From the sequence record NZ_CP090684.1: a stretch of 64,000 nt of DNA, one strand, 5' to 3'. The notes below the pieces were generated by a model. It searched no databases and was not told where the DNA came from. It worked only from the letters and a program-made list of their open reading frames with translations. The translations under genes and the position numbers were made by a program. Source of the DNA: a plasmid. Positions 53,112 to 63,323 of the stretch are shown here, piece after piece (positions within the stretch are counted from its first letter, which is position 1; the number at the start of each line of letters is the position of its first letter).

Positions 53112-53507
53112 TTATTGGCTGCCGTATTTCGCTTGCCAGCGCTTCATCTTCGTAATTTCTTCCTTTTGTGCTTTGACGATGCTTCGGGCAAGCCTTCTCA
53201 TCTCAGGATCCTTGCCGTACTTCAGTTCGGCTGCCGCCATATCGATTGCGCCTTGATGGTGCGGAATCATGTGGGAAACAAAATCTTTGTCAGCGTCGCC
53301 GGTGTAGGTCTGTCCTTGCATCCTTCGCATCATCCTCTGGTCTGCACCCTTGAAGGCTTGTACAGACGCCGAATTAGCTTTAGTCGACTGCCCCATATTC
53401 ATGTCTGGCATGGACGTGGCTTGCTGAGCACTCGTTGTACCGATCATCAGGCCGAGCGTTGCAATTACGTTGATGACGAACCACGGGATGGAAATTCGCG
53501 TTTGCAT
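53112..53507 (-). CDS. DUF305 periplasmic protein (copper-resistance associated)
   Basis: Signal peptide. HMIPHHQGAI motif. AGGAGG RBS ahead of the ATG at 53507. Confidence 0.65.
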   Translation of the reverse strand: MQTRISIPWFVINVIATLGLMIGTTSAQQATSMPDMNMGQSTKANSASVQAFKGADQRMMRRMQGQTYTGDADKDFVSHMIPHHQGAIDMAAAELKYGKDPEMRRLARSIVKAQKEEITKMKRWQAKYGSQ

Positions 53508-53658
53508 ATTTACCTCCTGATGCATAAAAATTATGCTTTCGGGAAACGAACAATTTTTGCTGGTCGAACTTTTTCCACTTTCGACACTGATTCGAGGCTT
53601 CATGACGGCGCAATCCACGCTCCTGTGCCGCGCACTAGTACCCCTTCGAGGAGAATCC

Positions 53659-55053
53659 TCATCGTTCCCGCGGGAATTGCAAGTGGAACGTCGTACTGAC
53701 GTCGTTACTCGAAACCTGGACTTGTCCCCGGTGCAGTTCCATGATCGATTTCACGATCGCGAGTCCCAGCCCGGCATTCTTCGAGGATCCATGACGTGAC
53801 GCGTCGACACGGTAGAAGCGCTCAAAGATTCGATCAAGATGTTCCGGCGCGATAGGCCGTCCGTGGTTGGTCACTTCAACGACGACGTATTGCAGCGAGC
53901 GAGACGAGGCGAGTTTGATTGCCGTGCCTGCGAACGCATGGTCCAAAGCGTTGGATATGAGGTTGCTCACCGCTCGTCGAAAAAGCGTTGCATCCGCGAC
54001 CACATGCGCGTCGCCGACGACGACAAAATTGACCCCCTTTTCGTCCGCAATGCTCTGATAATAGGACGCCAGTCGTTGCAGTTCCATCTCAGTATCAAGG
54101 TCCGATACCTTCAGGTGCAGGTGTGCATTCTCTGTACGTGCAAGGAACAGCATGTTCTCGATCATCCGTTGCAGACGTTCGCATTCTTCGATGTTCGAAT
54201 CGATCAACGCCTCATATTCGTCGCTCGTTCTCGGTCGCGACAACGTGACCTGCGACGAGCTGATCACGTTGGCAAGCGGGGTGCGCATATCGTGGGCGAG
54301 GTCGGAGGAGAACTGAGAAAGGCGCACAAACGCACGTTCAAGTCGATCCAGCATTCGATTGACCGACGACGCGAGTTCGCGGAGCTCCATCGGACCGCCG
54401 CGAATGTCGAGTCGCTCGCTCAAATTGTGCGCTTCGATAATTGACGTCTGGCGGCCCAGACTTTCCACTGGACGAAGGCCTCGACGTGCGATCGCATAGC
54501 CCAAGCCACCGAGCAATATCGCGCCGACGGCGACCGCCAGCCAGATGTCGACGCGATAGCTTTTCAGAAGCGACTGCCGGTCGGTCGCGGTCCGTACAAG
54601 GGCGATCCGTACATCTTCGCCTGACGGCAGCCTGTCGCGCGCGAAAACACAGCGTGATGGCCCGATTCCCGTCGGATCGCACGTGTATGGAATACGAGGC
54701 GGACGGTCGCTCGAGGCGATCGACTTCAACGTCACGCCCGGCGCGGCCGTGTGCTCGATCAGCGAATTGTTTTGCCCGTCGTAGATCCCAAGATACACAC
54801 CGGGATGCGAGAGCAGTACCTCGTGAAATACCGCAGGCGTTGCACGAATGGCCTGTACCGAACCGCTGGCGTGAGCCAACTGCAGAAACTGGCTCAGCTT
54901 GCCACCGATTTCGATGTCGTCGCGGCGCTGCAGTTCAATCGACAGGGACCGATACAGGTAAGCTCCAGTCAGCGCAAACGCTAGTCCTGCGACGACAGCG
55001 AAGGCGACGGTCAACCGAGTGAGCAGTGAGTAAGGTGCCGCCTTCCCCGTCAT
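53659..55053 (-). CDS. copS: Heavy-metal (Cu-type) sensor histidine kinase
   Basis: Two TM segments, H-box [12 protein letters not shown], HATPase domain. The symbol is assigned from context only. Confidence 0.75.
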   Translation of the reverse strand: MTGKAAPYSLLTRLTVAFAVVAGLAFALTGAYLYRSLSIELQRRDDIEIGGKLSQFLQLAHASGSVQAIRATPAVFHEVLLSHPGVYLGIYDGQNNSLIEHTAAPGVTLKSIASSDRPPRIPYTCDPTGIGPSRCVFARDRLPSGEDVRIALVRTATDRQSLLKSYRVDIWLAVAVGAILLGGLGYAIARRGLRPVESLGRQTSIIEAHNLSERLDIRGGPMELRELASSVNRMLDRLERAFVRLSQFSSDLAHDMRTPLANVISSSQVTLSRPRTSDEYEALIDSNIEECERLQRMIENMLFLARTENAHLHLKVSDLDTEMELQRLASYYQSIADEKGVNFVVVGDAHVVADATLFRRAVSNLISNALDHAFAGTAIKLASSRSLQYVVVEVTNHGRPIAPEHLDRIFERFYRVDASRHGSSKNAGLGLAIVKSIMELHRGQVQVSSNDVSTTFHLQFPRER

Positions 55054-55721
55054 GAACGGTCCTCGAGCACGTATCCCATGCCCCGGATGGTATGGATCAG
55101 TTTCTTATCGTACGCGTTGTCGACTTTGGCGCGCAGGCGCTTGATCGCGGCATCGACCACGTTCGTATCGCTATCGAAATTCATATCCCAGATCTGCGAG
55201 GTAATGAAAGTACGCGTCAAAACCTCGCCCTCTCGTTCAGCCAGGAGTTGCAACAATGCGAACTCCTGTGCGGTCAGGTCGATGCGATTGTCGCCGCGAC
55301 GCACTCGCCGCTTGAGGAGGTCAATCTCCATGTCCGCAACGAGCAGAATGTCCCGAATGCTCCGCGGTGCGCGCCGTAGCAACGAACGGATGCGTGCGAG
55401 AAATTCCGCGTAGGCGAACGGTTTGTGTAGATAGTCGTCTGCACCAAGTTCAAGCCCAGCGACCTTGTCCTCGATTGCTTCGCGGGCGGTCAGCATCAGC
55501 ACGGGTGTCTGCTTTTCCGCGCGGAGGCGCTTCAGCACCTCGAACCCGTCCAGCTCCGGGAGCATGACGTCGAGCACGACGAGGTCAAAATTTTCATGCA
55601 GCGCGAGAAACAATCCGATTTTGCCGTTCTCGGCAACATCGACGGTATAGCTCGCTTCCGTCAGTCCCTTTCGGAGATATGACGCCATTTTCGGTTCGTC
55701 TTCGACTATCAGTATCCGCAT
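55050..55721 (-). CDS. copR: Heavy-metal response regulator (OmpR family)
   Basis: Receiver domain plus winged helix. ATGA overlap with the kinase. Confidence 0.8.
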   Translation of the reverse strand: MRILIVEDEPKMASYLRKGLTEASYTVDVAENGKIGLFLALHENFDLVVLDVMLPELDGFEVLKRLRAEKQTPVLMLTAREAIEDKVAGLELGADDYLHKPFAYAEFLARIRSLLRRAPRSIRDILLVADMEIDLLKRRVRRGDNRIDLTAQEFALLQLLAEREGEVLTRTFITSQIWDMNFDSDTNVVDAAIKRLRAKVDNAYDKKLIHTIRGMGYVLEDRS

Positions 55722-56011
55722 GGGAGTGCAGTAGGACTGTCAACGGGTTCGACGCGGGGAGCGCTGCGCTCAGCATACGGCCGCGAAAGCGCGCAAAAAA
55801 TGACGGCCGGATGACAATTTTTTCATGAATCTCCGAGCGCCGGAACAGCGAGAGCCGTCCACCGCCGCTGGATGAAAAAATGGTCATCTTTCGACCACGC
55901 CGTCGTCACGCATCGGCCGTTAAGCTAAATACCGGCTATACCGCTTGTGGTTACACCCGGACACGTTCTCGATGTTATCGTTTCGAACTGCTCGTGCTAG
56001 ACTCCGCACCC

Positions 56012-56413
56012 ATGTCATATTGGCGCAAACTCTTCGTCGTCGTGCTGTTGGCACTGAGCCTGCCGGTTCAGTCGTTCGCGGCTATCTCGATGAATTGCGT
56101 CGCTTCGCATGCCGAAGCCAGCGAAACGCCGATCGTGCATGCCGGGCAGTCCATGTCCGGGCATCATCGCGACATGCATGGAGCGGCGCTCGCGGCCGAC
56201 GACCATCACACTTATCACCACGGCGGCGGTCATCACGCGCATTCATGTTCGACATGCGCAGCCTGCTGCTTCGGCACGGGATTACCCGCGGTTCCCTCCG
56301 TCGTCGTATCGTCGGACGTAACACGCGTCACCACCTCGATTCCGCCTTCTGCCGGTGTCGTGTCTTTCCTGACCGACGGCATCGAGCGACCTCCTCGCCA
56401 CACCCTCGTCTGA
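56012..56413 (+). CDS. His/Cys-rich secreted protein (DUF2946-like)
   Basis: Signal peptide. Motifs HHTYHHGGGHHAHSCSTCAACC. Confidence 0.5.
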   Translation: MSYWRKLFVVVLLALSLPVQSFAAISMNCVASHAEASETPIVHAGQSMSGHHRDMHGAALAADDHHTYHHGGGHHAHSCSTCAACCFGTGLPAVPSVVVSSDVTRVTTSIPPSAGVVSFLTDGIERPPRHTLV

Positions 56414-56500
56414 TTCTCCACCGCGGGTAATGCCCGCGATGTGCCATTCGTACTGACGGTCTTGCGTGGACCCGTCAGATGATTCACGACGAGAAAATTT

Positions 56501-56818
56501 ATGCGACTGATTTCTGCGGCGCTGCTCGGCGCGGCGGCTTCATTGCCGACGCTCGTGCACGCCACCACAACGATTCCCGACCCGACGGATGCCGCGGCCT
56601 CGGTCCCGGCGATTTCGGCGCCGTCGGCCTTCAACGGCTATCGCCCCTACAACGACGCCGACAACCCGACCTGGCAACAACTCAATCAAGCGGTCCAGGA
56701 GAAGCCGGCCAAGGGCGGCATGACGCACGGCGGCGCAATGGGCCACGGCGGCGCCATGAACAAGCCCGCTGGCGACCATCAGTCGAATCATTCGCAGCAT
56801 GGGGAGCCCGCCAAATGA
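56501..56818 (+). CDS. Small periplasmic His/Met-rich protein; putative metal-binding
   Basis: Signal peptide. Motif GGMTHGGAMGHGGAMNKPAGDHQSNHSQHG. Confidence 0.5.
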   Translation: MRLISAALLGAAASLPTLVHATTTIPDPTDAAASVPAISAPSAFNGYRPYNDADNPTWQQLNQAVQEKPAKGGMTHGGAMGHGGAMNKPAGDHQSNHSQHGEPAK

Positions 56819-58311
56819 TGAAGCGACTCGTTTCAACGCGCATGGGTGCGGGCGTTTCCATCATGGTGTTTCTGGCTGGCTGCACCACCTTCTCGAAGGA
56901 CGGTGGATTCGGTACGGTGTCGTCGACGGCTACGGAGCGGCTCGGTAAGGACGCGGTTATCGTCAAAACCGATGCCGATCGGGATGCAGTGGCGAAGCGA
57001 ACGCAGGAATTGCTCGCCAAGCCGCTGTCGATGGACGATGCCGTACAGGTCGCCCTGCTGAACAACCGAGGACTGCAGGCCTCGTATGCGGAATTGGGGC
57101 TGTCGGAAGCCGATTTGGTCCAGGCCGGGCGACTGCCGAATCCAGGCTTCACCTTCAGCCGCACGCGAGCGGGCAACGGCGACCTGAGCATCGGCCGCAC
57201 ATTCTCCGCGAACGTACTCAGTATTCTGACGCTGCCTTTCGCTGCCCACATCGAGGGCCGACGCTTCGAACAGACGAAGCTCGAGACTGCCGATACGATG
57301 CTGAAGCTCGCCGCCGAGGCGCGGCGGGCGTACGTCAACGCGGTGGCCGCGGAGCAGGCTGCCAAGTACGCGGAACAGGTAAAAGATTCGGCCGACGCAG
57401 GCGCCGAACTCGCTTCACGCATGCGGCAGGCCGGAAACTTCAGCAAACTCGATTATGCGCGAGAGCAAGCCTTCTACGCGGACTCGGTCGCCCAGGCCGC
57501 CAAGGCCCGGCAGCAAGCCGTATCGGCCAGGGAGAAACTCACGCGCACGATGGGCGTATGGGGCACTGGTACGCAGTACACCTTGCCTGAGCGTTTACCG
57601 GACTTGCCAAAGGACCGCCCGGAACTGAAAGATCTTGAGCGGTTTGCGATGCAGAACCGGCTCGACATCCAGGCAGCGAAGCTGCAGACGCAAGGCGTCG
57701 CATCGTCGTTGGGCCTCAGCAAGGCAACGCGGTTCATCAACGCAATCGATGTTGGTTACCAAAACAACTACGAAACCGACAAGGGTCACGAGCACGGCTA
57801 CGAAATCAGTATCGAGATTCCCATTTTCGATTTCGGCAGCGCCAAGGTCGCCCGCGCGGAAGCCATCTACATGCAGTCGGCGAACCGCCTTGCCCAAACG
57901 GCGATTGATGCACGATCGGAGGTCCGCGAGGCGTATTCCGCGTACGTGAACAGCTACGACGTCGCGAAACACTATCGCGACGAGGTTGTGCCGATTCGCA
58001 AGACGATTTCTGACGAACTTCTGCTCCGCTACAACGGCATGCTCGCCAGTGTCTTCGAACTGCTCGCCGACTCGCGCGAGCAAGTCGGCGCGGTGAACAG
58101 CTACATCGACGCGCTGAAGGACTACTGGCTCGCCGAAACGGATCTCCAGCAAGCGCTGGGCGGACGTTTACCGAGGGCTGGGGCCGAGCAAACCGAGCAG
58201 ACGCCTCCGGGGCCGAATTCCGCACCGCAGTCCGCCCCGAGACCGGCAGCCCGGCCGGAGCCTGCCTCGACCGCGCAACCGGCGCATGAAACGCATTCGG
58301 AAGGTAAATAA
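56815..58311 (+). CDS. Outer-membrane efflux factor (TolC/CusC family) lipoprotein
   Basis: Lipobox FLAGC. Two OEP repeats. Pro-rich C-terminus. Confidence 0.75.
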   Translation: MMKRLVSTRMGAGVSIMVFLAGCTTFSKDGGFGTVSSTATERLGKDAVIVKTDADRDAVAKRTQELLAKPLSMDDAVQVALLNNRGLQASYAELGLSEADLVQAGRLPNPGFTFSRTRAGNGDLSIGRTFSANVLSILTLPFAAHIEGRRFEQTKLETADTMLKLAAEARRAYVNAVAAEQAAKYAEQVKDSADAGAELASRMRQAGNFSKLDYAREQAFYADSVAQAAKARQQAVSAREKLTRTMGVWGTGTQYTLPERLPDLPKDRPELKDLERFAMQNRLDIQAAKLQTQGVASSLGLSKATRFINAIDVGYQNNYETDKGHEHGYEISIEIPIFDFGSAKVARAEAIYMQSANRLAQTAIDARSEVREAYSAYVNSYDVAKHYRDEVVPIRKTISDELLLRYNGMLASVFELLADSREQVGAVNSYIDALKDYWLAETDLQQALGGRLPRAGAEQTEQTPPGPNSAPQSAPRPAARPEPASTAQPAHETHSEGK

Positions 58312-58312
58312 C

Positions 58313-59608
58313 ATGGTGTCCCGTCGACAATTTCTCAGCGGCTCGGGGGCCGCAATCCTCGGCGCCGCGATGGTCAGCAAGGCCGGCGCGGCTTCGTTGC
58401 CGGAAGCACCGACCATGGCAAAGGCGACGATGCAGCCGCCGCTCGTGCCACCCAACGGTCGGCCATACACACCGGTCGCGACGTTGAACGGCTGGACGCT
58501 GCCGTGGCGCATGAAGAACGGCTGGAAGGAGTTTCACCTGACAGCCGAGCCCGTCGTGCGCGAAATGGCTCCCGGGATGAAGGCCAATCTGTGGGGTTAT
58601 AACGGTCAGTCGCCTGGCCCGACGATCGAGGCCGTCGAAGGCGACAAGGTCCGCATCTTCGTCACCAACAAGCTGCCGGAGCACACCACGATCCACTGGC
58701 ACGGGATGCTGCTACCGAACGGCATGGACGGCGTCGGCGGCTTGACGCAGCCGCACATCCCGCCCGGCAAGACGTTCGTCTACGAGTTTCAGCTCGAGAA
58801 GCATGGCACGTTCATGTATCACCCGCACGCGGACGAGATGGTTCAGATGGCGATGGGCATGATGGGCATGTTTATCGTGCACCCGAAGGACCGCAGCGTG
58901 ATGCCGGTCGACCGCGATTTCGTGTTCCTGCTGTCCGCCTATGATATCGACCCGGGCAGCTTCACGCCGCGTGTGAACGAGATGACCGACTTCAACATGT
59001 GGACGTTCAACTCACGCGTATTCCCTGGCATCGATCCGTTGCCAATTCGGGCCGGCGACCGCGTGCGCATCCGGTTCGGCAATCTGACGATGACGAATCA
59101 CCCGATTCACCTGCATGGCTACCACTTCGAAGTGGCGGGTACGGACGGCGGCTGGATCCCGCCGGCCGCTCGTTGGCCGGAGGTGACGGCCGACGTCGCC
59201 GTCGGCCAGATGCGCGCAATCGAGTTCACCGCCGATCGTCCTGGCGACTGGGCGTTCCATTGCCACAAGTCGCACCACACGATGAACGCAATGGGCCATA
59301 GCGTTCCGAACATGATCGGCGTGCCGCAGAAGGACTTGGCCAAACGCATCAACAAGCTCGTTCCCGACTACATGGCCATGGGCAGCACCGGTGGCGCAAT
59401 GGGCGAGATGGAGATGCCGCTACCCGACAACACACTGCCGATGATGACCGGTACGGGCCCATTCGGGCCGTTGGAGATGGGCGGCATGTTCACAGTCGCC
59501 AAGGTCCGGCAAGGGCTCGGGCGGAACGACTATCGCGACCCGGGCTGGTTCAAGCATCCCAAAGGCACCGTCGCATACGAATACACCGGTGAACTGCCGG
59601 ACAGTTGA
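58313..59608 (+). CDS. Multicopper oxidase (short CopA/CueO-like), Tat-exported
   Basis: Tat motif SRRQFL. Copper-site motifs HWHG, HPH, HLHGY, HCH..H. Confidence 0.8.
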   Translation: MVSRRQFLSGSGAAILGAAMVSKAGAASLPEAPTMAKATMQPPLVPPNGRPYTPVATLNGWTLPWRMKNGWKEFHLTAEPVVREMAPGMKANLWGYNGQSPGPTIEAVEGDKVRIFVTNKLPEHTTIHWHGMLLPNGMDGVGGLTQPHIPPGKTFVYEFQLEKHGTFMYHPHADEMVQMAMGMMGMFIVHPKDRSVMPVDRDFVFLLSAYDIDPGSFTPRVNEMTDFNMWTFNSRVFPGIDPLPIRAGDRVRIRFGNLTMTNHPIHLHGYHFEVAGTDGGWIPPAARWPEVTADVAVGQMRAIEFTADRPGDWAFHCHKSHHTMNAMGHSVPNMIGVPQKDLAKRINKLVPDYMAMGSTGGAMGEMEMPLPDNTLPMMTGTGPFGPLEMGGMFTVAKVRQGLGRNDYRDPGWFKHPKGTVAYEYTGELPDS

Positions 59609-59673
59609 TTTACACAACAAGGTCGGGGCACGCCCGACCGTCGGTTTCATCACCTCAACTCTGGAGAAGCACG

Positions 59674-60021
59674 ATGAAGAAAGCACTGTTCTCGATTGCA
59701 ATAGGCTGCGCCCTGGCGTTCTCTGCGTCGACGTACGCGGCAGGCGACATGGGCAACATGGACATGAGCGGTGGCACAAAGCAAAGTACCGACGCGAAGA
59801 GCAGCATGTCGCACGGCGAGATCAAGAAAGTCGACACGACTGCAGGCAAGCTGACCATCAAGCACGGTCCCCTCGAAAACCTTGGCATGGAAGCGATGAC
59901 GATGGTGTTCAAGGCCAAGGATCCGGCGATGCTGTCGCAGGTGAAGGTCGGCGACAAGATCGATTTCGTCGCCGAGGAAGTCAACGGCGCACTGACGGTC
60001 GTCAAGCTGCAGAAGCAGTGA
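59674..60021 (+). CDS. cusF: CusF-like periplasmic Cu(I)/Ag(I)-binding protein
   Basis: Signal peptide. Met-rich N-terminus. OB-fold segment KKVDTTAGKLTIKHGPLENLGMEAMTMVFK with the conserved H/M/M/W-type metal site. Confidence 0.7.
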   Translation: MKKALFSIAIGCALAFSASTYAAGDMGNMDMSGGTKQSTDAKSSMSHGEIKKVDTTAGKLTIKHGPLENLGMEAMTMVFKAKDPAMLSQVKVGDKIDFVAEEVNGALTVVKLQKQ

Positions 60022-60082
60022 CGACAATCGACGGGGACGCGCAGCCGCGGTCCCTGTCTCATTCTTCGAGACGAGCAACAAT

Positions 60083-60457
60083 ATGAAGATTTTGACCCTC
60101 AGACATTTTGCCGGCCTCGCCGTCGCTAGTGCTGTTGCGTTCGCGCCCATCGCCGCGCTCGCACACGGCAAACTGGAAAGCGCAACGCCGGCGTCGGGCA
60201 GTACCGTCGACGTCGCGCCGGACGCATTGCGCCTGACCTTCAATGAAGACCTCGAGTCGACCTTCAGCTCGGTGAAAATCGCCGATGCTACGGGTGCGCC
60301 GGTGACGAAAGAAAAGGCGAAGATCGATGCGTCGAATCCGCGCGTCATGACGCTCGTCGTACCGAAGCTCGCGTCGGGAGCGTATACGGTTCAGTGGGCC
60401 GTCATGACTTCGGACGCGCACAAGACCAAGGGTACGTACACGTTCAAGGTGAAGTAA
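60083..60457 (+). CDS. copC: CopC periplasmic copper-binding protein
   Basis: Signal peptide. HGKLESATPA carries the His1 Cu(II) site. Length 124 aa. Confidence 0.8.
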   Translation: MKILTLRHFAGLAVASAVAFAPIAALAHGKLESATPASGSTVDVAPDALRLTFNEDLESTFSSVKIADATGAPVTKEKAKIDASNPRVMTLVVPKLASGAYTVQWAVMTSDAHKTKGTYTFKVK

Positions 60458-61398
60458 TGAACGACGGGTTCCTGGGCATCCTGCGTCTGATCGCCGTAGC
60501 GATCCAGAACGTTGGCTTCGCCGTCATCGTAGGCGCGTTGCTCAGCAGTCAATGGCTCGCGCGCGGTGACTCCACGTGGCAAGCCGACGTGGGCCGACGG
60601 CTCGTCCTGACAGTCCGGATGGCGTCCACGCTTGCTCTGCTCGCGAGCGTGTTGTCGTTCTGGGCACATTGCGCGCTGATGAGTGAGTCAACGTTGCTTG
60701 AGGCCGGGCCCGCGGTGTGGTCGATGCTCGTGGGAACCGGCTTTGGACACGCGTGGCTGGTCGCTGCAGTTTTCATGGTTTGCGTGGTCGTGCTGGCATT
60801 GCTGCGATCGGGTAGCGATGGGAGTTTCCCGACCGGAATCTGGCTTGCTTTGGCCGCCGTAGCATTGGCACGCAGCAATGGCGGACATCCAGTCGATTCC
60901 GGACTCTTCAGCCTTCCGGTGTGGGTCGATTGGTTGCATTTGCTAGCCATCAGCGCGTGGGTCGGGCTCGTTCTCGTGACGACCTACGTCGTCATGCCGC
61001 GGCTGCTCGATGCCCCTGGAAGCGAACGGCAGACCAGTGCATCATTCGTGCAATCGCTGTCCGACACCTCGACGTACGCGTTGGTGATTTTGTTCAGCAC
61101 TGGCGCATACAACGGCTGGCGAGGCGTCAGTACGCCGGCGAATTTGTGGACATCGACGTATGGACAGATCCTACTGCTGAAGTTCGTGCTCGTGCTGGTC
61201 GCCGCCGCGCTGGGCGGACACAATCGCTTCTTTGAAATGCCGACGCTAATGTCGACGCTGAAGAACCCTGCTCAAGAAGTCCCGACCGTGCCGCTTCGAC
61301 GATTCAGTACGGTGCTTCACGTCGAGTCACTGATTTTGCTTGGTGTCTTGATGGTAGCGGCCGTGCTCGTATCGAGCCCGTTGCCGGGAACCACATAA
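60457..61398 (+). CDS. copD: CopD inner-membrane copper-resistance protein
   Basis: Eight TM helices. One-nucleotide overlap with copC. Confidence 0.8.
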   Translation: MNDGFLGILRLIAVAIQNVGFAVIVGALLSSQWLARGDSTWQADVGRRLVLTVRMASTLALLASVLSFWAHCALMSESTLLEAGPAVWSMLVGTGFGHAWLVAAVFMVCVVVLALLRSGSDGSFPTGIWLALAAVALARSNGGHPVDSGLFSLPVWVDWLHLLAISAWVGLVLVTTYVVMPRLLDAPGSERQTSASFVQSLSDTSTYALVILFSTGAYNGWRGVSTPANLWTSTYGQILLLKFVLVLVAAALGGHNRFFEMPTLMSTLKNPAQEVPTVPLRRFSTVLHVESLILLGVLMVAAVLVSSPLPGTT

Positions 61399-61474
61399 AT
61401 TCGTCGGTCCCTCCGTCCACGCAGGTGGTCTGTCACTCATGTGCGAGTTGCGCGTGAGCGGGCCATCTCTTTGC

Positions 61475-61504
61475 AGCCCGGCCCTCCAGCCGGGCTCTTT
61501 TTTC
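61475..61504 (+). terminator. Rho-independent terminator after copD
   Basis: Hairpin agcccggc-cctcca-gccgggct followed by CTTTTTTC. Confidence 0.6.
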
Positions 61505-61654
61505 ATTCCGCATTGCGTTTGGTCGACGATTCCAGATGAAGGACGCGTGACCAAAAGATCATATTCATGTCACGGCTCGATCAGTGGCTGCTCTCCACAA
61601 TGACTTTCAATGGAGTCGCATGTGCGGTTCCATGCCTCGCAATGGAGAGAAAAC

Positions 61655-61987
61655 ATGAAACTTCAAATCGTCGCCGCCCTCATAGTGGTCGCCTGTGCCG
61701 CCACGTCCGCGTCTGCATTCGCTGATAGCGGGCACGGTTATCCCGACGTTACGCGAAACGGCAGCGTGGTATCGAACGAAAGCGTTGCTGCACCGGCAAC
61801 GGCGCAAATTGAAAACACGGTATCGCGCGGCAAGACCCGAGAGCAGGTTCAACAGGAACTTATTCAGGCTTATCACGATGGTTTGCTGCCAACGAGCAAG
61901 CATGACTATCCGCCCAGCGAAGCGACTATCGCGCGCAACAAGGAACTCCATCAGTTAAGTGAGCCGAAGTGGGCCGCACAGCATTGA
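61655..61987 (+). CDS. DUF4148-family small secreted protein (third paralog)
   Basis: Contains KTREQVQQELIQAYHDGLLPTSKHDYPP. Confidence 0.55.
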   Translation: MKLQIVAALIVVACAATSASAFADSGHGYPDVTRNGSVVSNESVAAPATAQIENTVSRGKTREQVQQELIQAYHDGLLPTSKHDYPPSEATIARNKELHQLSEPKWAAQH

Positions 61988-62097
61988 GGCACGCACCGTT
62001 GCGGAAAGCCAGGCGTTGCTCAGCCTGAACGTACACGACTCCGGCCATATTCCATGTGGAACGTAGGCTCGCCAGACCAGATAGAGGAGTTCACGCG

Positions 62098-62295
62098 ATG
62101 AGACCGATACCCGGCATATGGATTTATGTGACGGCGATTACTACGGTCCTGGCTCTTGATGGATGTGCGAGCGCGACGGGCAATACGGATGGGAAGACGC
62201 GGATGCCGGACTCCCGTTCCGCAACGACCCGATTACCGAAGTCCTATCCGTGTCAAAATCTGCACGTGCGTTCGGCGAATTGCCCGCCGCGCTGA
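62098..62295 (+). CDS. Putative small lipoprotein (65 aa)
   Basis: Lipobox LALDGC. Confidence 0.3.
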   Translation: MRPIPGIWIYVTAITTVLALDGCASATGNTDGKTRMPDSRSATTRLPKSYPCQNLHVRSANCPPR

Positions 62296-62364
62296 CGGCA
62301 ACGTGTGCCACGCCTCTTGCGTGCGCGATATCACCGACGCCGGGCGTGGCACGGAGCTGACCGT

Positions 62365-62694
62365 CTACTGAGCCATCGTCCGGCATTCCTGAGCGCAGCG
62401 TCGACAAACTTGTGCGCATTCTTTGCAATGCGCATGTTGATGTTTCTCGCATTCGGTTGCGCACGCGTCGCACAAAGTCGCGCAACTCGAGCAAACTGCC
62501 TTGACTTGCTTGCTGCCTCGCGCCATCGCTGCGGAAGCGAGGCGGCACAGCGTGGCGCAATCCAGGTCGAGTTTGATGCAGTCAATAAGCTGGCCGACTT
62601 GGGTCTCTTCAAGACACGCGGCCGCGCAATGATCGCAAGCGGTCGCGCAAGCGTCGCAGGCCGAGATGCATGTCTGGTATTGTTGATGTGCCAT
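62365..62694 (-). CDS. Cys-rich four-helix-bundle copper-binding protein (DUF326 family)
   Basis: Repeated CxxxC motifs (CISACDACATACDHCAAAC ... CSSCATLCDACATECEKH). Start MAHQQYQ at 62694. Confidence 0.65.
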   Translation of the reverse strand: MAHQQYQTCISACDACATACDHCAAACLEETQVGQLIDCIKLDLDCATLCRLASAAMARGSKQVKAVCSSCATLCDACATECEKHQHAHCKECAQVCRRCAQECRTMAQ

Positions 62695-62855
62695 TTTGAC
62701 TCTCCTATCGTGGACTGCCCGGATCGGGCCCGACTCGTCGCGCAAGCGTTGTACCCACATTCCGGATTAGCCCCACGCGGCTCCAGTGGCGGGGACGTTT
62801 CAGCGTTGAAACGTCAGTACAATTCCGATGTAATCACCGGCATCGGCGGACTATA

Positions 62856-63233
62856 ATGCTGGCTATGAAATTGCTCCGGACCTTCATCCTGTCGCTGCTC
62901 TGCGCGGTGCTGCCCATCAGCGGGCTGGCAGCCAGTGGCTTGACCGGTGAATGTCCGATGCAGCAAACCATGTCCATGGGCGCGGATGCCAGCATGTCCG
63001 GCGATATGCCGGGCTGCGATTTGATGAAGTCCTCGTCCGTCGATAAAGCCAAGGCCAAGAGCGTGTTCTGCAAAGTGACCGCCCAGTGTCAGTTCGGCAG
63101 CCTCTATCATCCAGCCGCCAAGACCGACATCAGCCGTCCCGCTGCGGTCGGTACGCCCGTCATCTTCCATTACGTCCAGTCTCTTCCGGTCCGTGACCCG
63201 AACGGGTTATGGCGCCCTCCGCGTCTCGTCTAA
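62856..63233 (+). CDS. Met/Cys-rich periplasmic protein, putative metal-binding
   Basis: Signal peptide. Motif GECPMQQTMSMGADASMSGDMPGCDLMK. The last 23 codons lie inside the 87-bp repeat. Confidence 0.45.
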   Translation: MLAMKLLRTFILSLLCAVLPISGLAASGLTGECPMQQTMSMGADASMSGDMPGCDLMKSSSVDKAKAKSVFCKVTAQCQFGSLYHPAAKTDISRPAAVGTPVIFHYVQSLPVRDPNGLWRPPRLV

Positions 63234-63250
63234 TCCCTCGCTGACAGGTT
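63164..63250 (+). repeat. 87-bp direct repeat, copy 2 (partner at 46855..46941)
   Basis: See copy 1. Confidence 0.9.
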
Positions 63251-63323
63251 CACCGCAGTTGCGGTGAGGTTCGTCCTATGCCGGACGTGGAATCCCTATG
63301 GGATTTCGCATTGGGGTTAGAAC

